Under the pieces are notes generated by a model, which searched no databases, had not been told where the DNA came from, and was given only the letters and a program-made list of their open reading frames with translations. A stretch of 10,225 bases of DNA. It comes from Armatimonadota bacterium (lineage in GTDB: Bacteria > Armatimonadota > Armatimonadia > Armatimonadales > Armatimonadaceae). Positions within the stretch are counted from its first letter, which is position 1. Every line of letters starts with the position of its first letter. Shown here piece by piece: positions 5,712 through 10,225 of this stretch. Location of the stretch: NCBI GenBank assembly GCA_043754515.1, contig JAYUUO010000199.1, positions 1 through 10,225 on the forward strand. The letters run 5' to 3'. A program made the translations under genes and the position numbers.

Positions 5712-6989
5712 TCACGGCTTGGCGGTAGCCGCCGTTTTCGGCGTGGGCCGCGCTTTGTACCCGACCAGTTCGCGGTAGCCGCGTCCCGTGACCGGTGCCC
5801 CGGTCTTGTCCGTACCAGTAACGCTCACGACGCCCTCCCAGAACGCCGCGCCGATACCGATGGTCGGGATCGCCTGCGCGTCGAAGACCGGCTCGAAGCG
5901 GAGCGTGTACCCGATGTTCGCGAGGGTGACGGCAAACGACTCGGGGAACGCGATGCCCGACGCCGGGTCGAGCCATTCGCCCGTCGCCGCGAAAGTGACG
6001 GCCTTGTCCACGGTTTGCGTCCCGTCCGCGTTCAGGAGCGTCGCCTCGGCGCGGAGCACTTTGCCCGTGTCGTTGTCCTTAACGCGGTAGACGATCAGGT
6101 CCGCGCCGTTATCGAGATGCGCCCCGAACCAGTCCCAGCCGTTGTTGCCCACGATCCACGAGCGGCCCCACTGCCGGTCAATCCAGCCAGTACCCGCCAC
6201 CGACTCGGTCTTGCCGTCCACTGTCAGCGTGCCGGACGCGTCGGCGCGGGTCAGCGAGACGTAGAACATATCGTCGGGCCGGTTTAGTCCCGTCATGCCC
6301 GCGCCGCCAACCAGCATTGCGGGGCGCGTCGGTTGCGCGAAGTCGAGCGAGAGGGAGAAGGCGGGATCTTTGAGCGTCGCCCGCCACGTCCGCCCGTTTG
6401 CCGTTTTTTGCGCGAATGCATTACCGTCGAACGAGATCGCGAAGCGCGGCTTGTTGACGACCACGGCGGTTTCGCGGGACGCCCGGTGCGGCGCGGGCAT
6501 CTTGTTCTTCTGCAAGGCGGCGAGGGTTTTCAGAAGGCCGGGGTCATCCGGGTTGCGCATCGCCATCAGCGGCAGATACGCCTTTAGGAGCGCGACGTTC
6601 GCCTGATCGAGCACGGAGCCGTTCGCGATCACTCGCTTGGAGTCCAGGTCGGTGAGCGAGTAAATCAGGTAATGCCCTTTTTTCGTCGCCTGTATCCCGG
6701 TGCGGAAGAAGGACCCGACCACCGCGTAGTGTCTGCCGGAAGCGGTTTTCAGGAACGCGTTGAAGTACCACCACTCAATAGCGGCGTCCGCGTCGTGCGC
6801 CCCGGCGTCGTGCGGAAAGCCGACCGGGGTAGTCCTGGCACCCGCGGCGTCCGGTCGGGGGCTGGCCGGGGATGTGCTGGCGGCAACGGCGCGGGTCGTC
6901 GGCTGTTCGGGCGGCGCGGCGAGCACAGGGGTAGTGGCGAACAGCGCGGCGGCAAGAATGGCGGAAAAGGCGGCGGGCATTGGTTTCAT
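5712..6989 (-). CDS. Secreted lipocalin-like / AttH / CrtC (carotenoid 1,2-hydratase) family protein, 425 aa
   Basis: Motifs FPHDAGAH...EWWYFN, YVSLTR, GTGWIDRQW, GWDWFGAHLDNG, FWEG...GRGYRELVGY. The N-terminus MKPMPAAFSAILAAALFATTPVLA-A is a Sec-type signal peptide followed by a Pro/Ala/Thr linker. Start reassigned from 7103 to ATG 6987-6989 (alternative 6980). Stop TGA 5712-5714. Confidence 0.85.
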   Translation of the reverse strand: MKPMPAAFSAILAAALFATTPVLAAPPEQPTTRAVAASTSPASPRPDAAGARTTPVGFPHDAGAHDADAAIEWWYFNAFLKTASGRHYAVVGSFFRTGIQATKKGHYLIYSLTDLDSKRVIANGSVLDQANVALLKAYLPLMAMRNPDDPGLLKTLAALQKNKMPAPHRASRETAVVVNKPRFAISFDGNAFAQKTANGRTWRATLKDPAFSLSLDFAQPTRPAMLVGGAGMTGLNRPDDMFYVSLTRADASGTLTVDGKTESVAGTGWIDRQWGRSWIVGNNGWDWFGAHLDNGADLIVYRVKDNDTGKVLRAEATLLNADGTQTVDKAVTFAATGEWLDPASGIAFPESFAVTLANIGYTLRFEPVFDAQAIPTIGIGAAFWEGVVSVTGTDKTGAPVTGRGYRELVGYKARPTPKTAATAKP

Positions 6990-7058
6990 CGTTTGGTATC
7001 CATTTAAGGAGTCTCCCGGACAAGTCTCCAGGGCGTGGGACCGGGTGGCGGGTGGGGT

Positions 7059-7125
7059 GTGGTCATGCGGATTCACCCGCATGACCACTGGCCGATCCCG
7101 CATGACTGATCTCGGATTCGCCCGC
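7059..7125. repeat. REP-like palindromic repeat cluster downstream of recQ
   Basis: GTGGTCATGCGG-attcac-CCGCATGACCAC (7059-7088, 12-bp arms), core identical to 1-26. Partial copies cccgcatgac (7097-7106) and cggattcgcccgc (7113-7125, 12/13 match). Confidence 0.8.
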
Positions 7126-7151
7126 CCTGAATAGTCTTTGAGTAGATAACG

Positions 7152-9500
7152 CTAATTGTTGCGTTCGTGTTTCCGCACAATGTCGAGGACCGCTTCGCCA
7201 AATTTCGACGCCTTCGCGGGGCCGATGCCGGGAACTTCCAGCAGGTCGAACTCGTTCGCCGGTTTCGACGACGCGAGGGCGTGTAGCACCTTGTCGGCGA
7301 AGATCACGAACGGCGGGACGTTCTCCGCCTCGGCCTGCTCGCGCCGCCACCCGCGTAGCGTCTCGAACAGTATGCCGTCCTCGTCGGACGGGTCGCCGGC
7401 GGGTGCGGAACGGGAGCCGCCCTCCGTGCCGGAAAGCGGGATCTTCTGGCGCGGGGTGGCTCCCCCGCGCCAGTCCATGTCGCAGTGTGCCTCCCGCACC
7501 GCGTCGCGCCCCGACGAACTCAGGAACAGGCGGCGGTACTCGTCGTTCTCGTCGCGGGTCAGGTAGCCCTGCTCCACCAGCGCGTCCGCGAGCCGCTCTA
7601 GCTCGCCCTTCTTGAACGTCGCCAGTGCCCCGAACACCGACGAGCGTTCCGGGCGGATCGGCGCGTCCGGCGTCCCGCGCAGGGAGCGAACCAGCCCCGC
7701 CTTGCCCAGCGCGAACGGCGACCGCCCGCTCGTCAGGTCGTGGACGAGCATCAGGGCCGCGAGAGGCGGGGAGGCGTGATCGGACTCGGTGCCAGCCCCC
7801 GCGAAGGACGCGCCACTCGCTGCCACGGGCGATTTCGGCGCGCAAACGTCGCACCGGCCGCAGGGGACGTTCGCCCACCGGTCGCCGAAGTAGCGCGCGA
7901 TCTGCCCGTGGCGGCACTTGCGATCTTTCGCGTACGTCACCATCGCCGTCGCCTTCTCGGTCGCGCCCTCGGCACGTTCGCGGAGCATGGCTTCCATCCG
8001 CGCCTTCGTGTCGGGCGGCGGCGGCAGAATCTGAAACAGCGGCTCGCGGCCCCCCAGCGCGCGGTACGTGAGGTGACCCGCGTCCTGGCAACGCAGGATC
8101 ACCTCCTCCAAATCGCGCATCGGGATGCCGCTTTCGGCGGCCAGTTCCGCGCCGTCCCATTCGCCACCCCCGCCCACCACGCCCGACAGCGACGCAATCC
8201 ATTCGGCAACCGGCTCGGCGTCGTCAAGGAACATGGCATGTTCGGTCGAGATGGCGAAGCGGCGCGGCACGTCGGCGTCGCGGGCGATCAGCCCGACCTC
8301 CTCCAGCACCGGGATGGCGGAGCGAACCCGGCCCGCGTCCCCGCCCACGGACTGGAACAAGCCGTCCCAGGCGACGGTGCCGACCCGCGACCGACCGACG
8401 CTCATCTTCAGGGCGTTGTAGACCGCCTGCAGATCCGCGAGCTGCAACGTGTCCTCGCGGACGCGGCGCAGGGCGTTCGTCGCGTCGGCGGCGGAGTGGA
8501 GCAGGATACACTCGCTCGGTGCGCCGTCCCGCCCGGCGCGGCCCGCCTCCTGGTAGTAGTTCTCCAGAGTGCGCGACGGGTGGTAATGCACCAGAAACCG
8601 GATGTCGGATTTGTCCACGCCCATGCCAAACGCAACGGTCGCCGCCATTACGCGCACGTCGCCGCGCATGAACCGGTCCTGCGCCTCGGCGCGCTCCTCG
8701 GGCGGTAGCCCCGCGTGATAAAACCCCGCCTCGACTTTGTACCGCTTGAGCATCCGCGCTAATTGCTCGCACTTCTCGCGCGACGTGGCGTAGACCAGCC
8801 CCGCGCCGGGCGTATCGCGGCAATACTCCAGCGTGGCGGTCAGCTTCTCGTCCTCGCCGGTGACTTTGCGGCACGTCAAGCGCAGGTTGTCGCGGAACGT
8901 CGGGCGCAGGATGCGATGCAACGGGCGTCCGACCTCTTTCTCGATATCCCCGGCCACCTCCGGCGTCGCGGTCGCGGTGACGGCGAGCACTGTGCGCGGG
9001 TTGAGCGCGGCGATGGCTTTGCCGACCGCGCGGTAATCGGGGCGAAAGTCGTGCCCCCACTGCGAGATACAGTGCGCCTCGTCAATCACAACCATGGCGA
9101 TATTCGCCTCGCGCAGGGCGTGCAGGAACGCGGGGTGGCGCAGCCGCTCGGGAGCGGCATACACGAGTTTCAGACGGCCGGACTTGACCTGGGCGAGTCG
9201 GCGTCCGACTTCGCTGGCGTCGAGGGTGGAGTTGATCAGGGTGGTGCGTTCGGCGACGGCGGGGGGCAGGTTCCCCACCTGATCTTTCATAAGGGCGATC
9301 AGGGGGGAGAGGATCAGGGTCGCGCCGTCCACGAGCATGGCGGGCAACTGGTAGGTGACAGACTTGCCGCCGCCGGTCGGGAGGATGGCGAGCGTATCGC
9401 GCCCGGCGAGCACGCCCTCGACGATCTCGCGCTGTCCGGGTCGGAAGTCGCCATGCCCGAAAAGGCGGGTGAACGATTCTTGCAGGGCGTCGGGGGTCAT
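7152..9500 (-). CDS. recQ: RecQ-family ATP-dependent DNA helicase with Zn-binding/RQC and HRDC domains, 782 aa
   Basis: FRPGQ (motif 0), LPTGGGKS (Walker A), SPLIALMKDQV, IDEAHCISQWGHDFRPDY, TATAT, YHAGL, ATVAFGMGVDK, YYQEAGRAGRDG, Zn ligands CRH...CGRCDVC, and C-terminal HRDC LRGWRREQA...VPPFVIFAD...VPGIGPAK. Confidence 0.95.
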   Translation of the reverse strand: MTPDALQESFTRLFGHGDFRPGQREIVEGVLAGRDTLAILPTGGGKSVTYQLPAMLVDGATLILSPLIALMKDQVGNLPPAVAERTTLINSTLDASEVGRRLAQVKSGRLKLVYAAPERLRHPAFLHALREANIAMVVIDEAHCISQWGHDFRPDYRAVGKAIAALNPRTVLAVTATATPEVAGDIEKEVGRPLHRILRPTFRDNLRLTCRKVTGEDEKLTATLEYCRDTPGAGLVYATSREKCEQLARMLKRYKVEAGFYHAGLPPEERAEAQDRFMRGDVRVMAATVAFGMGVDKSDIRFLVHYHPSRTLENYYQEAGRAGRDGAPSECILLHSAADATNALRRVREDTLQLADLQAVYNALKMSVGRSRVGTVAWDGLFQSVGGDAGRVRSAIPVLEEVGLIARDADVPRRFAISTEHAMFLDDAEPVAEWIASLSGVVGGGGEWDGAELAAESGIPMRDLEEVILRCQDAGHLTYRALGGREPLFQILPPPPDTKARMEAMLRERAEGATEKATAMVTYAKDRKCRHGQIARYFGDRWANVPCGRCDVCAPKSPVAASGASFAGAGTESDHASPPLAALMLVHDLTSGRSPFALGKAGLVRSLRGTPDAPIRPERSSVFGALATFKKGELERLADALVEQGYLTRDENDEYRRLFLSSSGRDAVREAHCDMDWRGGATPRQKIPLSGTEGGSRSAPAGDPSDEDGILFETLRGWRREQAEAENVPPFVIFADKVLHALASSKPANEFDLLEVPGIGPAKASKFGEAVLDIVRKHERNN

Positions 9501-9506
9501 GGGTTT

Positions 9507-9535
9507 ATTCTACAGCGAATTGCGGTTGCGCCCAA
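9507..9535 (-). promoter_or_regulatory. Putative sigma70-type promoter giving a leaderless recQ transcript
   Basis: Minus strand TTGGGC (9530-9535), 17-nt spacer, TAGAAT (9507-9512), 6 nt (aaaccc), then ATG. No Shine-Dalgarno sequence. Confidence 0.65.
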
Positions 9536-9563
9536 CGCGTTGCGCGTGTCTGGGGCGGTTGGT

Positions 9564-9776
9564 TCAGTTGGAACGGAAATCCGATAGCCCGTTTACTATT
9601 TCGTTCGCGATAGATGTGGACTCCGGCCCGAACTGCAAATCTGACCAGATATTGAACCAGAACTTAGCCACACGCCGCGACTCGCCGGGCGTATTGACGA
9701 ATATCTTCACGGTGTCCAGGAAATCACAGAATATCCCCAGTGTATAGGCGTTCTGGTAAAACACTACGGGACACAC
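9564..9776 (-). other. Short lower-GC open frame (70 codons), possibly the 3' remnant of a gene of unknown function
   Basis: Protein-like composition (VFYQNAYTLGIFCDFLDTVKIFVNTPGESRRVAKFWFNIWSDLQFGPESTSIANEIVNGLSDFRSN*), unlike the Arg/Pro-rich shadow ORFs elsewhere. No RBS and no recognised family. Confidence 0.3.
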
Positions 9777-10225
9777 CGCGTGTGTACCTGTTTCCCGGTT
9801 GTCGCGTCAATCAGCATCCCGTTACTGCCACCTTGGATCGCGTATCCCACGTCACGCTGGGAGTCAAACCGCATATACCAGACCAGAACCGCGATCTTCT
9901 GTCCTTCCGGCAGGTAGTATCCGATCTCCGGGTCGCCCATCATCTCATACCAGTACCGCTTCCAGTGGTATTCGGCAATCGTGGGCCGCTCGTAGTCTGC
10001 CTCTCAAATCTTCTTCAGCGCGGCGAGCGCGGCCGCTTTGTTAAGGTGCGGGCCACCAGGCATGACCGATGGGGCGTTTTCGTTCGCGCTGAGAGCGAGG
10101 AACTTTCCGTCCGCCGTATCATAAAGTACGTGAGTTCGGGATAAGACAGGCTTTCCGATAAACTAAAGTCGCCAAACCCAAGTTTACGGAAAGTCTGTCC
10201 ATGCCCATTTTACAAGACGATGCGC
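9764..10225 (-). pseudogene. Degraded gene for a hypothetical protein with a PepSY-like C-terminus (5' end may lie outside the window)
   Basis: Hand translation of the frame starting at 10225: ...VLYDTADGKFLALSANENAPSVMPGGPHLNKAAALAALKKI*EADYERPTIAEYHWKRYWYEMMGDPEIGYYLPEGQKIAVLVWYMRFDSQRDVGYAIQGGSNGMLIDATTGKQVHTRCVP*. In-frame stops at TAA 10184-10186, TAG 10163-10165 and TGA 10004-10006, with terminal TAG 9764-9766. 'A-L-A-A-h-K...LVW...IDATTGK' is the PepSY-type pattern. Confidence 0.5.

Noticed and set aside
6990..7103. 38-aa N-terminal extension of the lipocalin-like ORF
   Set aside because: It runs through the REP-like palindrome and would bury the signal peptide that starts at 6989.
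1..7125. CRISPR array or composite-element direct repeats formed by the 26-bp palindrome
   Set aside because: There are only two full copies, 7 kb apart, with no regular spacers and no cas, transposase or integrase gene. The enclosed DNA includes housekeeping genes and a tRNA.
7063..9587. Long alternative ORFs overlapping recQ (379, 322, 278 and 274 aa)
   Set aside because: Frame and antisense shadows of a GC-rich gene, with no motifs.
5437..10006. Stop-codon reassignment (TAG or TGA read as sense) to explain the in-frame stops
   Set aside because: TAG ends dapL, lpdA and recQ at their expected C-termini and TGA ends the lipocalin-like gene. The vWA locus also has a frameshift and the right-edge locus has several stop types, which indicates decay.
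9740..10144. 134-aa plus-strand ORF at the right edge
   Set aside because: It is antisense to the more protein-like PepSY-type frame and has no RBS or recognisable motif. It cannot be fully excluded without a search.

Overview
High-GC bacterial chromosomal window with every supported gene on the minus strand. In coordinate order it holds: a PLP-dependent LL-diaminopimelate-aminotransferase-like gene (dapL-like, 88-1266); an unusual tRNA-Arg with a GCG anticodon, with its own sigma70-type promoter and intrinsic terminator (1428-1500); dihydrolipoamide dehydrogenase (lpdA, 1663-3156); a highly structured ~580-bp intergenic region containing a 227-bp element bounded by 28-bp imperfect inverted repeats; a broken accessory locus (3735-5586) in which a MIDAS-type vWA protein runs in frame into what looks like the C-terminal half of an ARPP-1/DUF6569-like protein, with an in-frame amber stop, a 21-bp tandem repeat and a +1 frameshift; a secreted CrtC/AttH lipocalin-like protein (5712-6989); an apparently leaderless, long RecQ helicase with a ~150-aa insertion (7152-9500); and lower-GC gene remnants, one PepSY-like, at the right edge. 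An identical 26-bp REP-like palindrome occurs at 1-26 and 7061-7086. Family assignments come from motif recognition by eye, with no database search. The ARPP and PepSY calls are the least certain.
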